The notes: generated by a model not told the origin, from the sequence alone. Positions 20,042 through 29,956 are shown, counted from the first letter of the stretch. The stretch is 64,000 nt of DNA from Myxococcota bacterium (GCA_036337435.1 JAYZEG010000058.1:192001-256000), one strand, 5' to 3'. Made by a program: numbers and translations.

Positions 20042-21112
20042 ATGCAGGAAAAGCTCGCCGAGCTCGCACGTCGTTTCGATGAATTAACAGCTCGGATGGG
20101 CGATCCAAACGTCTATTCAGAGCCAGGGCTTTTCCAAAAAATTGCTCGTGAGGCAGCCGATTTAGAGCCGCTTGTTAAGTGCTGGCGGACCCTAGAGAAA
20201 GTCGTTCAAGAACTGGCTGACGCTCGAGAGCTGCTCGATGCTGAAGACGATTCAGAGATGCGTGCTCTCGTCGAAGATGAGATCACGGACTTAGCCGACC
20301 AAGAAAACACACTCAGAGCAGAACTCCGAATCCTATTACTTCCGAAAGACCCAAACGATTCCAAGAACGTAGTGATTGAAATACGTGCAGGGACGGGCGG
20401 TGAAGAGGCTGCACTGTTCGCAGCGGACCTGTTTAGGATGTACGGTCGCTATGCTGAAAAAGAGGGTTGGCGAGTTGAACGACTCGCTGAATCTGCGAGC
20501 GACACAGGTGGTCTCAAAGAGGTCATCGCACTCGTGAGTGGCAAGGCGGTCTACAGCACACTTAAATTCGAATCGGGTGTCCATCGGGTGCAGCGGGTGC
20601 CAGCGACGGAAAGCCAAGGTCGAATTCATACATCGGCATGTACCGTTGCCGTCCTGCCAGAAGCCGAGGATATCGAACTGGCGATTCCAGATTCAGAGCT
20701 AAGAATCGATGTCTATCGCTCCAGTGGACCGGGTGGCCAAAGTGTAAATACGACAGACAGTGCCGTTCGAATCACACACGTCCCTACGGGCCTGGTTGTG
20801 ACCTGTCAAGACGAGAAAAGTCAGCATAAAAACAAAGCAAAAGCACTCAAAGTCTTAAGAAGTCGCCTTTTGGATCAAATGCAAGCAAGTGCTGCGGCAG
20901 AGCGCTCTGAAGCACGGCGAACACAGGTGGGGTCCGGTGACCGGTCGGAGCGAATTAGAACCTACAACTATCCGCAAAATCGCGTAACCGACCATCGAAT
21001 TGGTCTCACGCTTTACAAACTAAACGAAATCATCGAAGGCGATATCAATCCAGTCATTCTTCCGGTTCGTGAAGCACATCAAGCTGAACTTTTGAATCAG
21101 AAGGGCGAATAG
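20042..21112 (+). CDS. prfA: Peptide chain release factor 1
   Basis: GTGGEEAALF, the PAT anticodon motif (RVPATESQGRIHTS), GGQ and RTYNYPQNRVTDHR. Confidence 0.97.
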   Translation: MQEKLAELARRFDELTARMGDPNVYSEPGLFQKIAREAADLEPLVKCWRTLEKVVQELADARELLDAEDDSEMRALVEDEITDLADQENTLRAELRILLLPKDPNDSKNVVIEIRAGTGGEEAALFAADLFRMYGRYAEKEGWRVERLAESASDTGGLKEVIALVSGKAVYSTLKFESGVHRVQRVPATESQGRIHTSACTVAVLPEAEDIELAIPDSELRIDVYRSSGPGGQSVNTTDSAVRITHVPTGLVVTCQDEKSQHKNKAKALKVLRSRLLDQMQASAAAERSEARRTQVGSGDRSERIRTYNYPQNRVTDHRIGLTLYKLNEIIEGDINPVILPVREAHQAELLNQKGE

Positions 21113-21119
21113 GTCGAAC

Positions 21120-22235
21120 TTGACCGATCTGCAAGAGCGATCGAAGCTAGACGACATGTCAAAGCCTACGACCAAGCGGGCGAAAAGTGCCCACCTCGAT
21201 AAGAAAAGCATCAGGTCCGAATTGTTTTGGGTTGTTGGCTTGACGTTGGTGGTCACGGGTGGCTTGGCAGCCGCTCAATTTTCAATCGGTTGGATCAGAG
21301 AGTATATCTTGGCGGCTGTCGCTGCTCTCTTCTTGTATCTGCCCCTAGAAGTCCTTCATAAAAAAGGAATAGACCCCGCCGATTTCGGCATTAGCAGTAA
21401 ACCAGTTTGGCGGTCAATCAAACACGCTATTTGCGTCAGCATGATCATATTTCCCGGGTATTTTGCTGTCTACCATGTCTGGCAAACCCAGTGGCTCAAT
21501 AATCAGGTCAGAGAAAACTATGAGCGTCTAGATAAATGGCCGATGGAGATCCAAGACCGACCGAAAGTCGCGGACATGCAAGAGGGTGCTGTACGACTTT
21601 ACACGGAAGGCGAACTATTTTGGATTCGCTGGCACTTGCCCCCCGGGCAACAGTTCCATCTCCGCGCCAAAAGCGATGCTGTTTTAGAAACTCACGTGAG
21701 CAGACCCTATCATCGCTCTGAAAAAGAAATTAAGTATCGAGGGCCAAGCGATGGACGAGTTGCGTTCAAAACATCAGGTCAAAACCTCACACTTAACATT
21801 CAAGCCGGTGGGGATGAGCTTCCTGCAGACAGGTTAAAATTAGGTGCAAGTTTAAAATCAGCTGATGAAAATCCGATTTCATTTCACCGCAGTTATTGGT
21901 GGATCATTAATTTACTACTCGTCCAATTTTTACTCGTGGCACTCCCTGAAGAAGTTTTCTACCGAGGTTATCTTCAAACCAGGCTTGACCAACTGTTTCC
22001 AAAGCAAACGAAAGTGATGGGCGTCGATGTAAGCGTGATGAGTCTATTTCTGACCAGCTTGATCTTTGCTGTTGGACATTATGTTACAGTCCCATCACCG
22101 CATAGACTCGCTGTCTTTTTTCCAAGCCTACTCTTCGGATGGATGAGAAAAGCAAGTGGTGGAATACTCGCCCCCCTGATCTTTCATGCCCTTTGTAATC
22201 TTGCCGTTGAATTCGCATCTATGAACTATCACTAG
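21120..22235 (+). CDS. CPBP (type II CAAX) intramembrane glutamic protease, myxosortase-like, with a soluble insert
   Basis: EEVFYRGYLQ, FAVGH, RLAVFFPSLLFGWMR and HALCN, with multiple TM helices. Confidence 0.85.
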   Translation: MTDLQERSKLDDMSKPTTKRAKSAHLDKKSIRSELFWVVGLTLVVTGGLAAAQFSIGWIREYILAAVAALFLYLPLEVLHKKGIDPADFGISSKPVWRSIKHAICVSMIIFPGYFAVYHVWQTQWLNNQVRENYERLDKWPMEIQDRPKVADMQEGAVRLYTEGELFWIRWHLPPGQQFHLRAKSDAVLETHVSRPYHRSEKEIKYRGPSDGRVAFKTSGQNLTLNIQAGGDELPADRLKLGASLKSADENPISFHRSYWWIINLLLVQFLLVALPEEVFYRGYLQTRLDQLFPKQTKVMGVDVSVMSLFLTSLIFAVGHYVTVPSPHRLAVFFPSLLFGWMRKASGGILAPLIFHALCNLAVEFASMNYH

Positions 22236-22246
22236 GCCCGCCAAGT

Positions 22247-22651
22247 TCAGCGAGTCGCTTCAAGTTCTTTCACGCGTTTGAAGTAAGTGTTGCGATCATA
22301 CGGCTCATTGAGAATATGAAATTCTTTTCGAACAAGACCGACGCAACCGTAACAATAGGTACAATTCGAACAATCTTCGCAGTGGGATAAATATTGACTG
22401 TCTACGCAACGAACACTGTTTTTCGTATGGCTGCAACCGTGACAATCCGTACAACGATCAATGTGCGTGCAATGCGTGCACCGCGAACTAGACTGAGCAT
22501 ATTGACAGGCATAACAGGACTCACAGTCATCACAAAACATGCACTGCACACAACCTGTGCAGCCATCTGCGCTAAATGAATCAACATTACCCCGTTCGCT
22601 CAATTTCGTTCGAAGGGCTCTTAATTCTGACTCAAATTCCCTGCTATCCAT
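22247..22651 (-). CDS. Cys-rich Cxx-repeat protein of unknown function
   Basis: 18 Cys, mostly with 3-residue periodicity, ending CYGCVGL...ILNEPY. No signal peptide. Start is ATG 22651 or GTG 22678. Confidence 0.75.
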   Translation of the reverse strand: MDSREFESELRALRTKLSERGNVDSFSADGCTGCVQCMFCDDCESCYACQYAQSSSRCTHCTHIDRCTDCHGCSHTKNSVRCVDSQYLSHCEDCSNCTYCYGCVGLVRKEFHILNEPYDRNTYFKRVKELEATR

Positions 22652-22808
22652 CAAATAAACCTCACTTTGAGGGCACACTAGCGATGGTAGGTTGAGTGTG
22701 CAAGCAATGATATTAAGCTGTTATTTGAAGCGGATGCACAATGCTCGTTACATCTAGACTTTAGCCCTGTAATTTAGATGATAGAGTGTCGGCCAAAAGG
22801 TTTTAAGA

Positions 22809-23690
22809 ATGTCTCTAACAGAAGCGAGCATTGATACTGAACCGGAATCATCTCGTGATGAAACCGCAAACATCGCACTCTTGGTTACGATTCGTGGTCC
22901 AAAACTCGGCCAGAGACGAATTCTGGACCCACTCACGAAAGGGATAAGACTCGGTCGGGACGAAGGCGCAGATATTCCCCTCAATGATGACAGTGTATCT
23001 CGGTTTCATTGTGAGATTATTCGAGAGGAATCGGGCTGGTTTATTACCGATTTAGGCAGTACTAATGGGACCTATTTAGGTCATCAAGTCGTCGATAGAG
23101 CCCCCATCGAAAACGGTGACCTAATCAAGGTCGGCGCGACCATATTTAAGTTTTTATCTACAAAAGACATCGAATCCGCTTTCCACGAAGAAATTTACAG
23201 GATTGCCATCATAGACGGACTCACTCAAATCTATAACAGCCGCTACTTAGATGAGTTTCTAAATCGAGAAATTAGCCGCTGTCGGCGACACGGTCGACCC
23301 ATGTCACTCATCATGTTCGACCTAGACGGTTTCGAAGAGATTAACGAACAATTCGGTCAATTGTCAGGGGATCATGTTTTAAAATTCATCGCAGGAAAGT
23401 TGAATCGACGCATCAGGCGAGAGGAACTATTCGCACGATACAGAGCGGATGAATTCGTTGTCGCCCTCCCAGAGACCGATTTAGACGATGCCCTTAAGTT
23501 CGCAGATATAATAAGAGAGAGCGTTGAAATTATGCCCATCGCATTCGACGGCTGGAAGATACCGGTGAGTATTAGCGTGGGTGTCGGGCGCTTCGATCAT
23601 AAAATGACAAAAGCATCAGAATTACTCGACAATGCCCACGACGCATTAAATCGAGCAAAAGCTAAAGGTCGAAACCAGGTTTCCAGCTAA
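22809..23690 (+). CDS. FHA domain plus degenerate GGDEF domain protein
   Basis: FHA motifs GR, SRFH and GSTNGT. GGDEF-fold motifs DGLTQIYN and DLDGF; the signature reads RYRADEF. Confidence 0.88.
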   Translation: MSLTEASIDTEPESSRDETANIALLVTIRGPKLGQRRILDPLTKGIRLGRDEGADIPLNDDSVSRFHCEIIREESGWFITDLGSTNGTYLGHQVVDRAPIENGDLIKVGATIFKFLSTKDIESAFHEEIYRIAIIDGLTQIYNSRYLDEFLNREISRCRRHGRPMSLIMFDLDGFEEINEQFGQLSGDHVLKFIAGKLNRRIRREELFARYRADEFVVALPETDLDDALKFADIIRESVEIMPIAFDGWKIPVSISVGVGRFDHKMTKASELLDNAHDALNRAKAKGRNQVSS

Positions 23691-23697
23691 TACAACC

Positions 23698-26600
23698 ATG
23701 CGAAGGTCCACTTTTTTTGTCTTATTAATCATGGGTTGCTCCGGTAGTTCATCTTTTCAAAGTTGCTCTAGCGAGACCGATTATCAGTTTACGAGAACAG
23801 CAACAAACGTGATCGACGATAGCGTTCAAGGCGTCATAACATCACGAGGTTTTGACTTTATTTATGAAAACAGAGAAACGCTCGTAGGCTTGCTCTTCAA
23901 CATCGATTCAAATGGATGGGCGAGTATTCCAATCTCTGATTTTGGCCGAGATGGCGACAGCATCTCAGTTGCAGCCCGAGACTTAAATCTCGGGGTCGAA
24001 CTGCGCCGAGCAGAATTTGGAATCGAACTACTACCAAATCCATTGGCAATCCGAGTCGATATCCAAAATGCTCGACTCCGATTTAATGCCGGTATAGCGA
24101 GCATCATGGGACTATTCAACGGTGCATGCCTGCTGGGTAATGGGGTTGATCGAGACTCATTAAACGCATCTTTTGCATTGGTGGATTTAACAGTCATCCT
24201 CTATCCATCCATCGATTTGAATGGTTTCTTGAAAACGCGAGTTGAAGTCGAAAATCTCGTTTTAAGCGACATTAATGTAGACTTTATTTTCGATGAGGCA
24301 CTGCCGGAATGCCGCACTTCAAATTGTGCGACTCTTTGCAGCACAGGCGAGCTCGGTGCCGCAGTCACCGAAATTCTCTATGAGGCTTTCAGGGAAGAGA
24401 TCGGCTCATTGATTACTCCCGTGCTCGAAATTATCGTCAACGAGACCCTTGATGAATTAAACGACACGCCACTTCTGTTTGAGGGAGAATTACTTCCAAG
24501 TATTTTGTCGGCTGTTCTGCCATTGCCCCGAGATGCCCTTAAAATAGGTGTGTTGTTGGAACCAGGTTCAAATGCAATAGAGTACATCGCTGGAGCGAAC
24601 GAAAATCCAGGTATTGGTCTGAGATTAAACATTGGGACCGATGGACACGACCATCCATGCGTTCCAGAGCAAGTAGACGAACCTGGATTCCTATCAGGTC
24701 CTGTACCAGACTTGAGCGGGTCTGATCCAAACGGCAACCCAGCCCACTTCGGCATAAGTGTTTCTAATGGCACCATTAATCGGCTGATATGGAGTTTTTG
24801 GCGAGGTGGATATTTGTGCCTTAGACTCGATTCAGACCAAATTGAATCGAGCCTTGGAAGTCGAATCGATTCAGACACATTGTCCATTTTTTTACCGAGC
24901 TTGGCGACCCTCGCGAAACAATCAAAACCCATCATGGTGGTCATTGACCCTGGGTTTAGTTCATCAGATTTCCCACTCACGAAACTTAATAATGTGGAGA
25001 CAGCCGCGTCGATTCCACAAGCGGGCATAGAAATGAAATTGCCTCGACTGGGAATCGATATGTACGTCTATCTCAATGACCGATGGACCCGGATGACTCA
25101 AGTCGTTACCGATGCGGAAATGGATCTTGTGATTCAAGCAGGGGAAAATAATGAACTGATTCTGACAGGTGAAGCACCACGGATTGGGGAGATTCGTGTG
25201 ACCTACAATGAACTCTTAGAATCCGATGATGTCGAGGCGTTATTGAGAGCCATGTTGGATGTAGCAGTTGGTGCATTTTTAAGTGATGGACTCGACTTTG
25301 ACTTCTCTCTGACGGGTCTTATATCGAGAAGCACAGGCCTACCCTATGACCTCAATATCTCGACCATTTCTTCAACGGGAACCGATGGGGACCACCTTGG
25401 GATTTATATGAATCTCATACCTGAGACCAGTTCAAATGCGCTTCGAAGACAAATCCAAACCTGGGCCGAAATTAAGGCTATCAATGGATACGATGCCCGG
25501 CTCAAGGTACGCTCTGAAGGCATTGACAATCCTGCATATCAGTATCGATTCAATGGTGGTATCTGGAGACCAATCCGAGAGGCAGACAGCGGCATCCTAA
25601 GCATTTCAGAACCTCGGTTTGGTCTAAAAACGACACAATTTTTAGAGGTACGAGCTGTAGACAAAGATGATCCGAAAAGAGTCGACCATCGACCAGTAAG
25701 ACTCGTTTATCATCCCGACCTAAACGAGCATTTAAAAGACGAACCTTTATCGAGTGGTCATGGTTGCAACTCAAATCCAAATCGCAATGGTTCAAACATA
25801 GTCTTCTGTCTAAGTGTTTTGATTCTATGTCATCGACGGTTTCGAACCAGGTTAGTGACAGCCATTTTTCTAATCCTGTTCGTTGGGGCTTGCCAAGGTC
25901 CGTCAAAGGCACCTGACTTACCGTGTTCAACGGACGCAGAATGTCCCAGTGGACTTGCATGTCTAGATGACTTTTGCCGGCCTCAGAAACCATGCCAAAC
26001 AGACGATCAGTGCTGCGCCAAGCAAGTCTGTCAACAAGGGAAATGTCGATCCGCACCAACCGATGACTGCCAGAATTCTGGATGCCTAACACACCAGGAC
26101 TGTATCGATGATTACTGTGTCGCACGCGAGTGTGAACAAGATTCTGAATGTCGTGGTGCAAAATGCGTCCGAAATCTATGCCTTGAAAGCACACCATGTG
26201 GCGACCGTTGTACGCCTGAAGAAACCTGTGTTCCTCATCGTAACGTGTGTCGAATTCTCACAGGAAATTGCGCACAGACATGCCCAAGTGGTTCGGTGCG
26301 AGTCGCGTTAAATTCAAGTCAATTGAGTCAATCTGTATGCGATATTGAGGCGGTTGTCTGTGAATGTCTAAGTGCCTTTGGGCAGCATGTGGGTGCCATC
26401 GCACGCGAGGCGGACATGGCAATTGTCGAGGGGCAGCCTGTCTTTGCCGTCTTCGACGCATTCTATGAAGACTTGGTTTTGATCACCGGGCTCGGCACCG
26501 ACTTGGAATCTCATTATTACATGGATGGATTTCCGTCCTCGATAGACCAACCGACACCGAGTTTGACACGCTATGGAGAACAACTGGCGGGTCCTGTGAC

Positions 26601-27579
26601 AGGACTCTATCCACAAGTTGAATCCGACTCCGCAGGGCGCTTGCACTTTGCCTATTACGACGCAGATGAGAAGCATCTGCGATACATGAGACGAGACCGA
26701 CAAAACCGCTGGACAGGTCCAATTGTGGTCGATGATAGCGGCGACGTTGGCCACCATGTCAAATTAGAGATTGATCACCTCGACCGCCCTCACTTGGTCT
26801 ACTCCGTATTCAGTGATCCCAGAGGTCAGGATGGACTGAGGTATGCGTTAGGCTCCAACACAGCAGAAACTCGGTCTCACTTTGAAATCGTAAACATTGC
26901 ATCTGCACCGAGCCAAGGACCAGCTGGGCCATTGAGAGAAAGACCAACCCGTTTCGGTCAAAGACCGTGTATGTCGCTCGACGGTGATCAAGTGGTCACA
27001 GCATTTATGGATGGTAACGAAAAGTGGCTCTACATCGCCCGAGGCGGTTCACAGGGCTTCCGTATCGAACGCCTACGGGGCCGATTGGATGAATCGAACA
27101 TTAGGGTCCAAGATGAGCGTTATGAGGATTTCAATACCCATGAGATTGGTGAACATTGTGCGATCAAGTCACGCAACGGCACGATCGATCTCGCTTTCAC
27201 CAATGAACGAACTTGGGCACTCATGAGTTACCATGGCTCCATCGACGGCCAAGGCATCATTCAAGTGGTTGATTCGGGCCCTAAGGAGCAAAGAACAATG
27301 ATCGGCTCATCACCCGCGTTGGGATTCGTTGGCAACAATAAACTCATTGCCCTCTATCAAGACTCAACTCGCAATGACCTCTTGATGAATATTAGAGAGA
27401 ATGAACAATGGCTCGAGGAGCCGGTCGTTATCGAGTCGAACGGGGCTGTTGGTTATTCTAATAGTCTAGAAATCCAACAAAATGAGGCTTTGATCGGCAC
27501 TGTTAAATTCGTCACGGATATTGGAGGACGTGACCTGAGCCAGATTTTATTTATCCCCGTCAATCTCAGCGGATATTGA
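23698..27579 (+). CDS. Large multidomain surface lipoprotein / putative polyprotein: BPI/LBP-like, internal MYXO-CTERM-like, second lipoprotein signal, Cys-rich repeats, propeller-like
   Basis: One uninterrupted 1293-aa ORF with lipobox IMGC(14). Internal segment SSGHGC(690)...hydrophobic...HRRFR...LFVGAC(732). Confidence 0.75.
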   Translation: MRRSTFFVLLIMGCSGSSSFQSCSSETDYQFTRTATNVIDDSVQGVITSRGFDFIYENRETLVGLLFNIDSNGWASIPISDFGRDGDSISVAARDLNLGVELRRAEFGIELLPNPLAIRVDIQNARLRFNAGIASIMGLFNGACLLGNGVDRDSLNASFALVDLTVILYPSIDLNGFLKTRVEVENLVLSDINVDFIFDEALPECRTSNCATLCSTGELGAAVTEILYEAFREEIGSLITPVLEIIVNETLDELNDTPLLFEGELLPSILSAVLPLPRDALKIGVLLEPGSNAIEYIAGANENPGIGLRLNIGTDGHDHPCVPEQVDEPGFLSGPVPDLSGSDPNGNPAHFGISVSNGTINRLIWSFWRGGYLCLRLDSDQIESSLGSRIDSDTLSIFLPSLATLAKQSKPIMVVIDPGFSSSDFPLTKLNNVETAASIPQAGIEMKLPRLGIDMYVYLNDRWTRMTQVVTDAEMDLVIQAGENNELILTGEAPRIGEIRVTYNELLESDDVEALLRAMLDVAVGAFLSDGLDFDFSLTGLISRSTGLPYDLNISTISSTGTDGDHLGIYMNLIPETSSNALRRQIQTWAEIKAINGYDARLKVRSEGIDNPAYQYRFNGGIWRPIREADSGILSISEPRFGLKTTQFLEVRAVDKDDPKRVDHRPVRLVYHPDLNEHLKDEPLSSGHGCNSNPNRNGSNIVFCLSVLILCHRRFRTRLVTAIFLILFVGACQGPSKAPDLPCSTDAECPSGLACLDDFCRPQKPCQTDDQCCAKQVCQQGKCRSAPTDDCQNSGCLTHQDCIDDYCVARECEQDSECRGAKCVRNLCLESTPCGDRCTPEETCVPHRNVCRILTGNCAQTCPSGSVRVALNSSQLSQSVCDIEAVVCECLSAFGQHVGAIAREADMAIVEGQPVFAVFDAFYEDLVLITGLGTDLESHYYMDGFPSSIDQPTPSLTRYGEQLAGPVTGLYPQVESDSAGRLHFAYYDADEKHLRYMRRDRQNRWTGPIVVDDSGDVGHHVKLEIDHLDRPHLVYSVFSDPRGQDGLRYALGSNTAETRSHFEIVNIASAPSQGPAGPLRERPTRFGQRPCMSLDGDQVVTAFMDGNEKWLYIARGGSQGFRIERLRGRLDESNIRVQDERYEDFNTHEIGEHCAIKSRNGTIDLAFTNERTWALMSYHGSIDGQGIIQVVDSGPKEQRTMIGSSPALGFVGNNKLIALYQDSTRNDLLMNIRENEQWLEEPVVIESNGAVGYSNSLEIQQNEALIGTVKFVTDIGGRDLSQILFIPVNLSGY

Positions 27580-28683
27580 AGATAAGAGAACCAAGTCATC
27601 CCTGTGGATCACTTCAACACTAGAAATGCCGCGGTGTACATCGCTTCTTTGTCCTTTGATGGTTCGAAGAGTCTCCGAATCATAAGCAACCAATCCACGC
27701 GCGAATGGTTGCCCATCATCGTTGCAAATGTCTACGGCTGCACCAACATCAAATTCACCCTCGACAGCAGTTAAGCCAATTGGCAACAGGCTTCGGCCTT
27801 TATCAGTAATTGCGGTACAAGCACCATCATCAACGGTCAGATGACCCTCAACCTTGTGCGCGTAGGCGATCCAATGTTTTCGGCGAGAGATTTTGATGCC
27901 ACCGCTGTCAAACCACGTTCCAAGGTTATCACCCGCAAAAATTCGTTCTAAAACAGTTGGGACTTTCCCTCGAGCAATAATGGCAATGATGCCGAGTTCA
28001 TTGACTTGCCGAACGGCTTCGAGCTTCGTTCGCATACCTCCACTCCCAAGACCGGTTGAACTTTCACCGGCTTTGCTCATCAAATTCTCGGTGATCTCCG
28101 AGATATAGTCGGCAACTCGAATTCCATTGTTCTCAGGATTATCGACATAAAAACCATCGACATCAGACAAAATAACGAGAGCACTGGCACCAGTTAAGCT
28201 AACGACCTGACTTGATAACAGATCATTATCGCCCATTTTGATTTCTTCGATGGCCACCGTGTCATTTTCATTGATGATTGGAATCGCGCCCAACTCCAAA
28301 AGCGCGCGCAGTGTATGGCGGGCCGCGAGAAACCGTTTACGATTTTTAAGGTCATCATGAGTCAGCAGAACTTGCGCCGCCGTCAGTTCATAGTGATTGA
28401 GTTCATCAGTCCAAAATCTAATCAACCGACCTTGACCAACGGCTGCGGATGCTTGGAGTCGTTCGATTCTCTTTGGGCGGTCGAGTAAACCAAGCTCGGG
28501 AAATCCGAGGGCAACTGCTCCACTACAAACAACAATACATTCGATACCCTGAGCTCTAAGATAGGCGATTCCCCGGCAGATGGATGCGAAAGTCACGCGG
28601 TCAAAATCTGAACCATCTCTTAAAACAGAGCTGCCAATTTTGATCACGATTCGCTTGGCGCCGCCCAACATACTTTGTCTCAT
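27547..28683 (-). CDS. proB: Glutamate 5-kinase with PUA domain
   Basis: IVIKIGSS, SGAVALG, AAVGQ, PIINENDTV, GDNDLLS and GSGGMRTKLEA, plus a C-terminal PUA domain. Confidence 0.96.
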   Translation of the reverse strand: MRQSMLGGAKRIVIKIGSSVLRDGSDFDRVTFASICRGIAYLRAQGIECIVVCSGAVALGFPELGLLDRPKRIERLQASAAVGQGRLIRFWTDELNHYELTAAQVLLTHDDLKNRKRFLAARHTLRALLELGAIPIINENDTVAIEEIKMGDNDLLSSQVVSLTGASALVILSDVDGFYVDNPENNGIRVADYISEITENLMSKAGESSTGLGSGGMRTKLEAVRQVNELGIIAIIARGKVPTVLERIFAGDNLGTWFDSGGIKISRRKHWIAYAHKVEGHLTVDDGACTAITDKGRSLLPIGLTAVEGEFDVGAAVDICNDDGQPFARGLVAYDSETLRTIKGQRSDVHRGISSVEVIHRDDLVLLSSISAEIDGDK

Positions 28684-28691
28684 TCGGAATC

Positions 28692-29720
28692 CTATCTCTT
28701 GATGCCTCGGGTCCTCTTGGACGCCGGTAACACTTTCGGTTCTTTACGCGACGGCTGCAAGCCCAGTCTCAAATTAGCTCTATTAAATTCGTAACCGGTC
28801 AACTTTTCGTATGTCGACTTCAATGATGAGGGGGGTCTTACGATCCGATGCTTTGGTTCCTTAATCAGCTCACCAAATGAGTCTGATTCGACTGCGACTT
28901 TAATTAAAATTGTAAAGGGAATTTTTCCGTTAAATCCGTATTCAATTGCGATGTCGCCAGCCCTGATCGAGCCAGTCTCACTCTCGAATTCCAACCGAGC
29001 GTTTAAGGTTTGCAATGACCCGTACCGGGCCAGCATAGACGGAGAATACTGGTTATCGTCGTCCAGTAAAATATCCCAAACAAATGGTTCTTTCGGAAAG
29101 GTATCAGTCTTTATTTGGGGTGAATCATGACGAGTTAAAATCAGGGTTTTCCAGATATTTGGTGGTCCATCTGCCTCTACATCCGCACGACTGTCAGACT
29201 GAGTTGTTTCAACAAGCTGAGGAATCCAATCGAGCGAATTTTCGAGGCAATTCCGGTCGTATATGTGAGCTGGTTGAAACTGAATCCATGAGTCAGACTC
29301 TCGCTTGATCATAGACTGACCATTAATCTGCAAACAGCGGAGCACCCGGGTATGATCATATCCGTCTTGCCGTTTCAAGGTAGTCTCGATGCTATGCGTC
29401 CACGAGCCCTTGATATCAACCTTCGTTTTTGACACCTCAACCAAATGGAAAGCCAGACCATCCTTGTTTCTCAGGGACAGTTCAACACGGGCTTTTAAAG
29501 CCAGTCCCGTCAATGCAGAGACTCGACGATGAATATTCAATCCCGATGATTTGATGATGGGGTGTCTTGGGTCGGTTTTCAAAGACGACGGATTTTCTAA
29601 CCGAACAGCTTGCAAAAGTTCATGAGCGAGTCGTCCAGATTTTTCTTTCGTTTGAGATTGGCAAGCAAACAAGTGTGTAGCCAAGATCCAAGTACACACG
29701 TTGCGAATAACCAGTGACAT
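28692..29720 (-). CDS. Hypothetical lipoprotein
   Basis: A long ORF filling the gap, with lipobox-like HLFAC. The start is uncertain. Confidence 0.55.
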   Translation of the reverse strand: MSLVIRNVCTWILATHLFACQSQTKEKSGRLAHELLQAVRLENPSSLKTDPRHPIIKSSGLNIHRRVSALTGLALKARVELSLRNKDGLAFHLVEVSKTKVDIKGSWTHSIETTLKRQDGYDHTRVLRCLQINGQSMIKRESDSWIQFQPAHIYDRNCLENSLDWIPQLVETTQSDSRADVEADGPPNIWKTLILTRHDSPQIKTDTFPKEPFVWDILLDDDNQYSPSMLARYGSLQTLNARLEFESETGSIRAGDIAIEYGFNGKIPFTILIKVAVESDSFGELIKEPKHRIVRPPSSLKSTYEKLTGYEFNRANLRLGLQPSRKEPKVLPASKRTRGIKR

Positions 29721-29956
29721 AGAATCCATCCAAATGGGAAACCGATCCGGTTGTGACGCAAACAAAACTGAGTCAATGAATCAACAAAAATAGTCATGCC
29801 GATCCCTTTAATTCTTGGGCCCTTGACCGGTGTAAATCGTCCGCCAGGAACAGACCGAAAAGCATTGAACCTGCTCGCTGATGTTAAAAATCAACCTCGT
29901 ATTAGGTAAAAATGCCGTCAGAACGGCTAAATTGCCTCAAATAATCACTTCTTTCA

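Noticed and set aside
24378..26197. Long antisense ORFs (24378-25028, 25550-26197; also 39650-40201, 47332-47889, 52564-53028)
   Set aside because: They are shadows of well-supported genes on the opposite strand and have no recognisable motifs.
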